64,000 nucleotides of DNA from NCBI GenBank assembly GCA_964512655.1, contig CAZEJT010000003.1:183719-247718 (forward strand). Reading direction: 5' to 3'. Origin of the DNA: an uncultured Chlorobiaceae bacterium (lineage in GTDB: Bacteria; Bacteroidota; Ignavibacteria; UBA10030; SZUA-254). The notes beneath the pieces are model-generated. The model saw only the letters and a list, made by a program, of their open reading frames with translations. It was not told the origin of the DNA and made no database searches. Shown here one piece after another: positions 50,831-60,051 of the stretch. The position numbers and the translations under genes were made by a program. Positions within the stretch are counted from its first letter, which is position 1; each line of letters begins with the position of its first letter.

Positions 50831-52047
50831 TGAGCGCCCGCCCCCTCCCGGCGTTCTTCCTCATCCTTGCGTGCATCCTTGCTTCTCCTTCCTTCGCCCA
50901 GCGGAGCGAGCTAAAGCAAAAAAGATCCGACCTCGAGAAGCTGAGGAAAGAGATCGATCAGTACGAGCAGAAGATCAAGGAGAAGGAGCGCAAGGAGCAC
51001 GCGACTCTTGAACTCCTCGATACGTACGACAGGCAGGCTACCCTCCTGCGGCGGCTGATCGCGAGGCTTCACGATGACGAGAAATCCCTCTCGCAGGATA
51101 TCGACCGCGCCCGGTCTCAGATCGGAAACCTCAGCGACCGCGTCGGGTACCTGAAGGGAGAATACGCCCAATACGTGACAGCCGCCTACAAGTTCGGACG
51201 CCTGTACGATCTCGAACTCCTCCTCAGCTCCGGATCGCTTAATACCATGCTGATCAGGTCCGAGTATCTGAAGCGTTTCTCCGAGCAGAGGCGCGAAGAC
51301 ATCGACAGCATCTCCGACCGGAAGTCGGCTCTTGAGCTTCAACGGGCAAGATTGCAGGAACAGCTTTCTGCCCGCAAGCAATTGATTTCGGAGAAAGGGC
51401 GGGAAGAGGAGAAGCTTGCCGTGCGCGCCAGGAAGCGAAAAGTCCTCCTCGCGGAGATCAGGAAAGACAAGCGTAACTTCAGACGCGAGATCAATCGAAA
51501 GGTCGACGACGCGAAGAAACTGGAAAACCTGATCAGCGGACTGATCGAGAAAGAGCGGGCCCGCAAGGATAAGTCCCCCCGCGATGAAACTACTCCGCCG
51601 GGGCCCGGCACTGCCGCCCCGGGGACGGGATTCGACCTGAAGCGGGGCCGCCTCCCCTGGCCGGTTACGCAGGGTAGGATCGTGGGGCGGTTCGGCACGC
51701 AGGAGAACCCGGTGCTTCATACGGTAACCCAGAATACCGGGATCGACATCGGGGTCTCGGCCGGAACACCCGTTGCCGCCGTCGCCTCCGGAGAGGTTTC
51801 AACGATCTGGTGGCTCCCCTCATTTGGAAACCTCGTAATCCTGAATCACCGCAACGGATTCCGGAGCGTGTACTCTCACCTCTCGGAGATTTCTGTCGGC
51901 GAGGGAGACAACCTCAATGAAGGAGATCAGATCGGGAAGAGCGGCGAAGCCCTCTCGGGGCCGCTCCTGCATTTCGAGATCTGGAAGGACCGCGAGAAGC
52001 AGGACCCGCTCCAGTGGCTCAGGCCTCAGGGTTTGACCAGGCGGTGA
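50830..52047 (+). CDS. M23 family metallopeptidase with N-terminal coiled coil (EnvC-like)
   Basis: Signal peptide; ~250 aa of coiled coil; C-terminal M23 motifs GIDIGVSAGTPV (HxxxD-equivalent region), NHRNGFRSVYSHLS, and LHFEIW. Confidence 0.85.
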   Translation: MSARPLPAFFLILACILASPSFAQRSELKQKRSDLEKLRKEIDQYEQKIKEKERKEHATLELLDTYDRQATLLRRLIARLHDDEKSLSQDIDRARSQIGNLSDRVGYLKGEYAQYVTAAYKFGRLYDLELLLSSGSLNTMLIRSEYLKRFSEQRREDIDSISDRKSALELQRARLQEQLSARKQLISEKGREEEKLAVRARKRKVLLAEIRKDKRNFRREINRKVDDAKKLENLISGLIEKERARKDKSPRDETTPPGPGTAAPGTGFDLKRGRLPWPVTQGRIVGRFGTQENPVLHTVTQNTGIDIGVSAGTPVAAVASGEVSTIWWLPSFGNLVILNHRNGFRSVYSHLSEISVGEGDNLNEGDQIGKSGEALSGPLLHFEIWKDREKQDPLQWLRPQGLTRR

Positions 52048-52056
52048 CCCTGCGCT

Positions 52057-54735
52057 ATGATCCGGTCTAATCCGAAACGTCTTCTTCTGGGTTTCGGCGT
52101 TCTGGCCGCCGCAATCCTCCTCACGCACCTTCTCTCCGGCACATTCGGCGAGCTCGAGCGGAGCGTGACCTCCGCGAAATATCATGTCAGGGGTGAATCG
52201 CAGCTCGACTCCTCGATTGTGATCCTCTATCTTTCCGGAGACGACATCGCATCGCTCGGCGGCATCCCATTGAAGCGAAGTTACTATGCGCTCATCCTGG
52301 ATGTCCTTCATCAGCTGGGCGCGAAGGCCGTGGGCGTCGACGTAGCGTTTACCGAGCCGGATCTGGAACACCCGGAATACGATGAGATTCTTGCCTCAGT
52401 CGTTCAGAAGTCGGGGAACGTAGTCGTTGGCGGTTATTTCCGCACTCTTCATGCGGGGGACTCAAAGGAATCGGATTCATCCGGCCTCCCCGCGGGGTTC
52501 ACATACCGGTCCAACCTGCCCATGCCGTTCCCGCGGGGAGGACGACTCGAACGTCCATTCCCGCAACTTCTCAACAGCGCCGCGGGGTTCGGCCACACGA
52601 CACTCTTTGAGCCGGGAGAGATTCCCCTCTTCGTACGGACGGGCGAAGGATTCGTTCCCGCGCTGTCGCTCGAGCTCCTGAGAGTTGCCCTCGGAGCCGG
52701 CAGATCCGACGTGACGATTGATGCCGGAGAAGCGGTGATTGGTTCCGGCAACTCCGCCGTGTCGATTCCTCTCTCCGGGACCGGAAGCATCATCCCGAAC
52801 TTTGCAGGCGGGAACAACTCGCTCAATCTCATCTCGACGGTTGATTTTCTGAAGGCGTATGATGAGGGCGAGGGACACGGAACCGGCCATGAGGAGCTCG
52901 AGAGGGTGAAAGGGAAAATCGTTTTGCTCGGCATCATCGCGGGCGGAAGAAGCTCGTTTATCTCTACTCCCTTTTCTTCCCAATTCCCCTCGATCGGTCT
53001 TCATGCCACCGTCATTCACGATGCCCTGCACGGCTCGTTTCTTCGAACACTCCCGCACTGGCTGAGCTATCTTCTCGCCTTCATCATCGGCTGTGTGTGC
53101 ATCCTGTTCATGCACATGGGCCGCCAACTCTATGGGATCCTCGGAGTAGTTTCCCTCCTCGTCCTCCTTGTCGCGGCGTCGCTCGTCGGATTTTCGGCAG
53201 GCTCATTGATTATCCCGATTGTGCCGTCACTGTTTTGTGCTCTCTGTGTAACGGCAGCCCTCGTCCTGTACCGCCACAAGCAGGTTGAGGATGAAAAAGC
53301 CCGGGTTGACCGGCTGCTGCATGACAAGGAATCCCGGCTGAAGGAACTTGAGCTGGAGCTCACCGGAGTGCGGCAGCGTCATGAAGAAACCCGCAGTGCG
53401 AATCTCGTTGCCGAGATCGATTCGTACCAGCGGGAAATCGCGAGACTCCGAACGCACGCCGGCGACCTCCAGCCGCACTCCGAACCTCCTGCGGCGGGGG
53501 AAGCTGCGCAGAACTTCGCAGGGATCGTTTACAATCCGGCGGGACCGATGGAGGAAATCATAATATTCCTCAAGAAGATCTCCGCCAACGATGCGAATGT
53601 GCTCGTCCTGGGAGAGAGCGGAACGGGTAAGGAGCTCGTGGCAAGGGCCATTCACGCACACTCACCGCGCTCAGAGAAGCCGTTCGTCGCGGTGAACTGC
53701 GGGGCGCTGACAGAGACCCTGCTGGAGAGCGAGCTCTTCGGTCACGAGCGGGGAGCGTTTACCGGCGCCCTCAAGGAGAGGCAGGGCCGCTTTGAGCTCG
53801 CGGACGGCGGAACGATCTTTCTCGACGAGATTGCCGAGACGAGCGAGGCGTTTCAGGTGAAACTCCTCCGGGTCCTCCAGGATGGCTCGTTCGAAAGAGT
53901 CGGAGGGACAAGGACAATGAAGGTGAACGTCCGCGTCATCGCGGCAACGAACCGGGACCTCCGCCGGGCCGTGTCCGACAAACATTTCAGGGAAGATCTC
54001 TATTATCGCCTCAACGTCTTTTCAATCAACCTTCCGCCGCTGAGAGAACGGGAAAAGGATATTCCCCTGCTGATCGGCTATTTCATGGAGCGGGAAGCCC
54101 CGGGAATGAATTGCAGCACCGTTGTGGTCGAAGTGCTTTGCCGGCACAAATGGAAAGGGAACGTCAGGGAGCTTCAAAGCGTGATCAAGCGGGCGGCGAT
54201 TCTCGCGGCTTCCGAGAACCGTCAGATGATTCGCATAAAGGATCTGCCCGAGGAGATCGCATCGACCGCCGCTTCAGCCGTGGACATCGAACGACAGATC
54301 ATCGATTCGCTTCGGGGAAAGCAGTTCTCAAGAAATGCCATATCCGAAACGGCTGATGAGCTGGGAGGATTCAACCGCGGTACGGTCACAGAATACCTGC
54401 GCGGCTTCTCATTCAAGACATTTGCGGAGCTGCGGTGGGATATTCCCGCGACGGTGGCGGCTATCTCAGCATCCGATGAGCCCGGCGTCCGAGGGCGCGT
54501 CGAGAAAAAGCTCATCGAGTACCTGGGAAATGCCGTGGATGCGGCCGACCGTTCCCTCTCGGCAGAGGCCATCATTGAGGCCTCCCGGTCGAAGTATAAG
54601 AACCTCCCTCAGAGATACCATCCCTTCCTTGACGAGATCCTCCGTGCATACTCGCGGGGGGAGTGGTCTGCCGGAACGGGCATTTCATCCCCGAATCAGA
54701 CGCCAATCCGCCGGATCGGGGACGACCCGGCATAA
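52057..54735 (+). CDS. CHASE2-sensor sigma54-dependent transcriptional activator (membrane-bound one-component bEBP)
   Basis: N-terminal TM and ~300-aa CHASE2-like extracytoplasmic domain (VGVDVAFTEPD…), then three TMs and a coiled coil. AAA+ sigma54-interaction domain (GESGTGKELVARAIH, GAFTGA, ESELFGHE, arginine finger region) and a C-terminal HTH-like segment. No receiver domain. Confidence 0.85.
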   Translation: MIRSNPKRLLLGFGVLAAAILLTHLLSGTFGELERSVTSAKYHVRGESQLDSSIVILYLSGDDIASLGGIPLKRSYYALILDVLHQLGAKAVGVDVAFTEPDLEHPEYDEILASVVQKSGNVVVGGYFRTLHAGDSKESDSSGLPAGFTYRSNLPMPFPRGGRLERPFPQLLNSAAGFGHTTLFEPGEIPLFVRTGEGFVPALSLELLRVALGAGRSDVTIDAGEAVIGSGNSAVSIPLSGTGSIIPNFAGGNNSLNLISTVDFLKAYDEGEGHGTGHEELERVKGKIVLLGIIAGGRSSFISTPFSSQFPSIGLHATVIHDALHGSFLRTLPHWLSYLLAFIIGCVCILFMHMGRQLYGILGVVSLLVLLVAASLVGFSAGSLIIPIVPSLFCALCVTAALVLYRHKQVEDEKARVDRLLHDKESRLKELELELTGVRQRHEETRSANLVAEIDSYQREIARLRTHAGDLQPHSEPPAAGEAAQNFAGIVYNPAGPMEEIIIFLKKISANDANVLVLGESGTGKELVARAIHAHSPRSEKPFVAVNCGALTETLLESELFGHERGAFTGALKERQGRFELADGGTIFLDEIAETSEAFQVKLLRVLQDGSFERVGGTRTMKVNVRVIAATNRDLRRAVSDKHFREDLYYRLNVFSINLPPLREREKDIPLLIGYFMEREAPGMNCSTVVVEVLCRHKWKGNVRELQSVIKRAAILAASENRQMIRIKDLPEEIASTAASAVDIERQIIDSLRGKQFSRNAISETADELGGFNRGTVTEYLRGFSFKTFAELRWDIPATVAAISASDEPGVRGRVEKKLIEYLGNAVDAADRSLSAEAIIEASRSKYKNLPQRYHPFLDEILRAYSRGEWSAGTGISSPNQTPIRRIGDDPA

Positions 54736-54838
54736 GCGGGGAAAATTCCCGCACGATCCGGCTAGTTCATCCGGGTAAATCCGGCTGCAATTCCGCATTT
54801 TCCTTCCAAATTCGCCTCCATCCTCCATACGAGGCCTC

Positions 54839-54854
54839 TGGCACGATGGTTGAT
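54839..54854 (+). promoter_or_regulatory. Candidate sigma54 (-24/-12) promoter
   Basis: TGGCACG-atgg-TTGAT: a perfect -24 element with correct 4-nt spacing, and a -12 reading TTGA instead of the TTGC consensus. It lies about 175 bp upstream of the 55031 lipoprotein gene and directly downstream of the bEBP gene. Confidence 0.45.
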
Positions 54855-55030
54855 GTTGAACTGTCCCAGAAGATGCCCGCCACAATAGGGAAGTGGCAGC
54901 ATCTGATGGATGGTAGATCTTGTCCCGCTGCTCTTGTTGTATCCATAATCACGTGCGGGCGTGTGGGAAAGAGCGGCGGGACAATTAATAAGACCGCACA
55001 GAGGTCACTCATATTAGAGGAGATACGGTT

Positions 55031-56059
55031 ATGAAGTTACTCCATCTTTCCATGCTGCTGATGGCCCTGGCGATCGGGCTGGCCGGTTGCGCAAAGGAAA
55101 ACGTGGTCGGCCCCCCGACGCTCACTGATCAGGCGGCGCTTCAGGCTGAGGTGACCACGATCGATTCGGTCGCGCAGTTTTCCACATCGGATGAATTGAC
55201 CATCGATGATAACGGGTTAAGGAATCCGGAGTATGACGGCCTGGCGAAGATCGACGCCGCCGAGCTTTCACATCTGGGGAGGATCTTCGGAGATTCACTG
55301 TACCCCGTCCGATGGGGGCGTCATATTTTCTGGAACCAGGTAACCCGGCACTATGATGTCACGATCGCGCCAGGTGACTCAAGCGCTCTCGTCACGATCA
55401 CGAAGATCCTGCCCGGCGAATTCTGGGTAGGGCTCGGATTCAAGACAATCGACACGGTTGTCATCGACACAGTCATTAAGAAGCCCTTCGAGGAAGTCGT
55501 GAAGCGAAAGGTCCGGTTTATCCGCGTGGCGCGCACCGACAATCCGCTGAGGAACTGGGTGCCGGTTGCGATAACCATGGTCCAGGGTAAGACGCGTCCG
55601 GATACGCTCAACATGTTCTCCATCACCTCGCTTGAAATTGAAGCGGTGGGACATTTCGATACCACCTATACGGATCCTCTGCAGACGTGGTTCCGACTCG
55701 GACTCTTCCGCGGCTCGATACCGCGCTTCAGGGTGGGGGATACCGTGAAGGTCACGCTCACGGTGCACAGCGCCAATGATTCGGCTGAGATAGCACACCT
55801 GCGGTACGGAATCGCGGGCGACGGAGCCGAGCGGCGCAGAACCCTGATGAAACTCATCTCGATCACCGGAAGCGCCGGGAATTTCGACAGAGTGTATCAG
55901 AGAGTGTTCGTCAGCAGGCTGCCGAACTTCCTGCCCACAGGCATCCTCGCGGTCCGGTTCAACGCGATCGCCGATGTCATATCGTACGGCTCGATCTACG
56001 TCAACGACGATCCGTTTACGAATGAGTTCTGGGGCACGCCGTACATCGTCGTACGGTAA
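55031..56059 (+). CDS. Hypothetical lipoprotein
   Basis: Lipobox IGLAGC; 342 aa; first gene after the candidate sigma54 promoter. Confidence 0.55.
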   Translation: MKLLHLSMLLMALAIGLAGCAKENVVGPPTLTDQAALQAEVTTIDSVAQFSTSDELTIDDNGLRNPEYDGLAKIDAAELSHLGRIFGDSLYPVRWGRHIFWNQVTRHYDVTIAPGDSSALVTITKILPGEFWVGLGFKTIDTVVIDTVIKKPFEEVVKRKVRFIRVARTDNPLRNWVPVAITMVQGKTRPDTLNMFSITSLEIEAVGHFDTTYTDPLQTWFRLGLFRGSIPRFRVGDTVKVTLTVHSANDSAEIAHLRYGIAGDGAERRRTLMKLISITGSAGNFDRVYQRVFVSRLPNFLPTGILAVRFNAIADVISYGSIYVNDDPFTNEFWGTPYIVVR

Positions 56060-56164
56060 CGTAAAGGCCTGACTGTTTCCCCCGTCTGCAAGCGGCCGAA
56101 GTCATTGCAGGCGGGGGAAGCTTTTATTAGATTGGGTTCGATGATACGAGCGCACAACCATACG

Positions 56165-57070
56165 ATGAGATTGATCCGGCTCCTGAGTCTGGGGGCCGTG
56201 CTGTTCCTGGCGGCAGGCTGCGAAAAACCCGGCCCCGTCAATCTCGTAGACGACTCGGCACGCAAGGCGGACCTTGTGATACTCGGCAACTCCAGTGCGG
56301 GAGTCGGAGCGTTCGGGACCGATGATATCGACTCGGCCCACCTTTTCCCTCCCGTTCAGGGCAAGGTGTTCGGGCAGCTGATAGTCTCGGGATCAATCTT
56401 CGACAGCAAGACCGAGCATCATGAAGGGTCCCTCACACGCGCGATATTCTTCGATCGGTCTGCGCCGGTCATTCTCGGCGGCGATACGCTCGCGTACAAG
56501 ACTCTCGATGCCGGAGTGGTCAGTATCGATGCAATACCGCTCCTCCCGCGCGAGAAGAGATTGCAAATCCCCCGATTGGCGCTGGATACCCTTCTCGGGA
56601 TCCAGTACTTCCTGGTCAGCGTGGACGGCGTCGGCGGCAGGGGATTTCAATTTGTCGGGAGCCACGGATACCGGTGGACCGGCACGGGCGTCGGTTCAAT
56701 CGCTCCATTCACAATTGACGTGCAATCTCCGCCGCTTCTGCACGTTGATTCGCCCGGGCCGGATCAGACCGTATCTCTCTCCCACAACCTCACGGTGCGA
56801 TGGACCGGAGGCGGATCCTTTGTCGATATCCTGATCAGCGACGTCCAATCGGGCGTACGGGCCCGTCCGCTTGTCCGGCTGCGGCTCAGCACGAATCGCG
56901 GCGAGACTGTCATTCCCACGGCGGTTCTCCAGATTCTGCGTGGCCGTCCGGCCGCCCTGTTCACATTTACCTCCGGGGCGAGGTCGATTGTGCAGGTCGG
57001 GGGTTATCCGGATGACGTGGTGGCAACAGCCGCCTCGACACACAACCTTCTCCTGACACTCGGTCCCTAG
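56165..57070 (+). CDS. Hypothetical lipoprotein
   Basis: ATG at 56165 gives MRLIRLLSLGAVLFLAAGC (lipobox). The tracked ORF begins at 56105. Confidence 0.5.
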   Translation: MRLIRLLSLGAVLFLAAGCEKPGPVNLVDDSARKADLVILGNSSAGVGAFGTDDIDSAHLFPPVQGKVFGQLIVSGSIFDSKTEHHEGSLTRAIFFDRSAPVILGGDTLAYKTLDAGVVSIDAIPLLPREKRLQIPRLALDTLLGIQYFLVSVDGVGGRGFQFVGSHGYRWTGTGVGSIAPFTIDVQSPPLLHVDSPGPDQTVSLSHNLTVRWTGGGSFVDILISDVQSGVRARPLVRLRLSTNRGETVIPTAVLQILRGRPAALFTFTSGARSIVQVGGYPDDVVATAASTHNLLLTLGP

Positions 57071-57078
57071 CGGCGACT

Positions 57079-59109
57079 ATGAGCTTATTGCCTCCTACCC
57101 GCATAGGATTGGCATGCATGTGGATGATCATGGCAGCTTCAACCTCCTATACGCAGCATTTGAGCTCGGCGAGGGCGATCGGCTTGGGCGGGTACACCGC
57201 GCTCGCGGGCGACCTCAACGCGCTGGACTGGAACCCGGCGGGACTCACTGGGCTGAACGATTGGCAAATCGAGGCCGGGAATTTTGTCTCCCCGACATTG
57301 AGCGATCATACGATCACGGCCCAGGTAGTGGGAGTCGGGAAGCGCTTTGTGGATATCTATGCCGCCGGATTCCGCGTCTCGCCGGGGATTACACTGGATT
57401 TCACTGTTCCCTCCACTTTTTCATTCGAAGATTCTTCAAGGTCTCTGACGACGCGGTTCGACAAGAAAATCAGTTACAGCGAGCCCTATGCGGTTGGCTT
57501 TGCGGTCAGGGGGCCCGAGGACTTTGCGTTCGGCCTCAGCGTCCATCGCTTTGAGAACCAGGTGAGCGACACCAGGTTCAGTGTCGATGCCAACTCCGTC
57601 ATCCAATCAACGCCGGTGGAATATTCAGCGGGTATGTTTCTCGCGGATCTCGGTATTTCGTGGTCTCCGCGACCGGGGTATCGGTTCGGGGCTGTTGCCA
57701 AAAACCTCGTGCAGGTAATCGATTCCCGTCTACCCGAAGAGGAAAGTCAATTTGATCTGACCCTGCCGCGCTACGTGCGGTTCGGGGCGGGATACAGCCT
57801 CATGGAAGGGCTCCTCGTGAGCGCTGACGGAGATACGAAAAAACAATTTCGCGTAGGCGGAGAGTGGAGCGGACCGTGGCGCCTTTTACTCCGTGGTGGA
57901 TTATATGCCGATGGTTCATCCACTCTCTCAGCCGACGCGTTGAGTCTTGGAATCGGGGGCGCGTATGGCGCGGTCTCGGTCGATGCGAGCTACCTGAAGT
58001 TTTTCTCGGAGACGTACCGGAAGGGCTCAGCGGGGATCAGCGCATACCAGGAGGCGGATATTGCGAGTCTGGAGTATAACCGGTTCACCGGAGACCGCGT
58101 TTCGCTCACAGCGCAGATCAGCTTCGGCGGCATCCGTCCGATTCCGGTGCACATCGACCGTGTCGACATGAGCGGCGACTTCTTTCCGGCGCTTCGCCCC
58201 CTGTACGCATACCGTCCCATCGGGCGTGCCATCGTCCGAAACACGTCCACAAAACCGATCGAGGTGAAACTGGGATTCTTCATCGACAAGTTGATGGATG
58301 CACCGACCGAGACGAAGCCCGAGAGAATCCCCCCGGGGGATACGATGGGAGTCCCATTGTATGCGGTCTTCAATGATTCTCTCCGCGCCGCCCGGTCTAT
58401 GAGCGTCCGGAATGGCGACGTCACGATCAAAGCCATCGACGAGGATGGCTCATATGAGGACCGGTATCAGAGCCGCGTCCTGATACACGCGCGGAACGAT
58501 TGGAACGGAGACGTCTCGGTACTGAGATACTTCGTTACGCCCGATGACTCGGATGTCATTCACTTCACGAGATCGTATCTGAACCACTACAAGGTTCTGC
58601 TCGACACCGTGCCGGGCGAACTTGCCGCCGTTGCGAGGGCCAGGATTATCTTTGACGAATTTGCCGAACAGCTCCTCTATGTGAACGATCCTAAGAAAAG
58701 CGAGGATTTTGTTCAGTACCCATCGGAGACGATCAGGATCCGGGGGGGAGATTGCGACGATATGAGCGTGTGCTATGCGGCTCTGCTGGCAAGCATGGGG
58801 ATTTCGACCGCGTTTGTGGATGTTGTTCCCCCCGGTCACCCCGAAGATTCGCATATCTATCTGATGTTCGACAGCGGAGTCAACGCGGGGAGCGCCTCGC
58901 TGCTGGCCGGCAATCCCAAGCGGTACGTCATCCGGGGAAACGACCATGGCACCGAGTCTGTATGGATTCCGATAGAGACCACGGCAATTACGAAGGGGTT
59001 CGAAGAAGCGTGGAAGGCCGGCGCGCAGGAATATTTCAACGATGTCGAGGTGAATCTCGGCATGGTGAGGGGTTGGGTGCGCGTGGTAGATCTTGGAATA
59101 GTCGATTAA
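57079..59109 (+). CDS. Secreted protein with beta-barrel-like N-terminal region and C-terminal transglutaminase-like cysteine-protease domain
   Basis: Signal peptide. N-terminal ~300 aa of alternating-hydrophobic beta-strand character (…SLGIGGAYGAVSVDASYLKF). C-terminus IRGGDCDDMSVCYAALLASMGISTAFVDVVPPGHPEDSHIYLMFD fits the transglutaminase-like Cys…His…Asp core. Confidence 0.55.
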   Translation: MSLLPPTRIGLACMWMIMAASTSYTQHLSSARAIGLGGYTALAGDLNALDWNPAGLTGLNDWQIEAGNFVSPTLSDHTITAQVVGVGKRFVDIYAAGFRVSPGITLDFTVPSTFSFEDSSRSLTTRFDKKISYSEPYAVGFAVRGPEDFAFGLSVHRFENQVSDTRFSVDANSVIQSTPVEYSAGMFLADLGISWSPRPGYRFGAVAKNLVQVIDSRLPEEESQFDLTLPRYVRFGAGYSLMEGLLVSADGDTKKQFRVGGEWSGPWRLLLRGGLYADGSSTLSADALSLGIGGAYGAVSVDASYLKFFSETYRKGSAGISAYQEADIASLEYNRFTGDRVSLTAQISFGGIRPIPVHIDRVDMSGDFFPALRPLYAYRPIGRAIVRNTSTKPIEVKLGFFIDKLMDAPTETKPERIPPGDTMGVPLYAVFNDSLRAARSMSVRNGDVTIKAIDEDGSYEDRYQSRVLIHARNDWNGDVSVLRYFVTPDDSDVIHFTRSYLNHYKVLLDTVPGELAAVARARIIFDEFAEQLLYVNDPKKSEDFVQYPSETIRIRGGDCDDMSVCYAALLASMGISTAFVDVVPPGHPEDSHIYLMFDSGVNAGSASLLAGNPKRYVIRGNDHGTESVWIPIETTAITKGFEEAWKAGAQEYFNDVEVNLGMVRGWVRVVDLGIVD

Positions 59110-59130
59110 TACAGAAAGGCGGGCTTAGGT

Positions 59131-59838
59131 ATGAAACGCGAGACAATAAGATTGATGAGATGCCTCATGCTCCTGTCGGCGCTGGCGGCGCCGGGGCTGC
59201 GGGCTGAGATCAGGGTGATGGCGCTGAAAGGGCATGTGTACGTCCGGCACAACGTCCAGGAACAGTGGGTCCCCGTTGCGCGGGGAGACGTTCTCAAGCC
59301 CGAAGACTCGATGAAATCCGACGAGAAGTCCTCATCGACGCTTCTTGTGGACGGCAAAACGACGGTCGTCCTTCCCGAGATGGCGATTATCGATCTGTCG
59401 GATTTGCGGTCGCTCACGCGGGAAGACCTGCTCCTGAAGCTTGCGATGGAGCGCATTCGGAGTGTTCCGGAGAAGGGGAGCGGTGACGAGCTCAACATGC
59501 CGAGAACTACAATTATCCACGGGCCCGATGTTACTCAGCGCCACATCTCTGCGGGAACCGATCCGCAGATTGGGCTGATGCAGATGAAGGGAACCGAAGT
59601 TCTGTTCGGCAGCGGGTTTTACGAAACGGGCGTGCTCAAGGCGAAGGGATTATTCAGGATCCATCCTGAGCTCGCAATGCGCATGGACGACCGGCTCATG
59701 GTTGCGAAAGCCCTTGAGACGTTAAAGCTGAAAGGAGAGGCGCTGGAAGAGTATGTCCAGCTTCGCTCCGAGAAGCTGACCGATGATCAGAGAGATTTCG
59801 TAGTACAGAAGATCGGAGAGTTGAAGGGCTCCCGCTAA
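59131..59838 (+). CDS. Hypothetical secreted protein
   Basis: Signal peptide MRCLMLLSALAAPGLRAE; 235 aa; last gene of the co-directional cluster. Confidence 0.5.
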   Translation: MKRETIRLMRCLMLLSALAAPGLRAEIRVMALKGHVYVRHNVQEQWVPVARGDVLKPEDSMKSDEKSSSTLLVDGKTTVVLPEMAIIDLSDLRSLTREDLLLKLAMERIRSVPEKGSGDELNMPRTTIIHGPDVTQRHISAGTDPQIGLMQMKGTEVLFGSGFYETGVLKAKGLFRIHPELAMRMDDRLMVAKALETLKLKGEALEEYVQLRSEKLTDDQRDFVVQKIGELKGSR

Positions 59839-59869
59839 ACGCACCCCTTCGGGGTCATGCCCAGCGGTA

Positions 59870-59899
59870 CTGGTGTCACGGTCCATACCGTGACACCAG
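59870..59899. repeat. Palindromic repeat CTGGTGTCACGGT-ccat-ACCGTGACACCAG (copy 2 of the 40934 element)
   Basis: 13-bp stem identical to the 40934-40963 palindrome arms. Preceded by a UUCG-loop hairpin accccTTCGggggt (59842-59854) right after the stop codon. Confidence 0.8.
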
Positions 59900-59992
59900 C
59901 GAATCCTCCCGTCTCCCCCTCGCTCCGCCGCTCCTGCGGCGGAACGCATCATTTGGCGCTCCGCGCCCTACACCTGGAACTTCACAATTCAC

Positions 59993-60043
59993 GGTAGGCG
60001 CCGGCTTTAGCCGGCGCTACGCACGCTAAAGCGTGCGCCTACC
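59993..60043. repeat. Composite GGTAGGCG-family element: outer stem ggtaggcgc/gcgcctacc enclosing two hairpins (cggc-ttta-gccg and gcacgc-taaa-gcgtgc)
   Basis: The first 24 bp are identical to 41024-41047. The loops cttag/ctaaag are mutually complementary, allowing alternative folds. Sits between convergent genes. Confidence 0.7.
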
Positions 60044-60051
60044 ACATGCGC

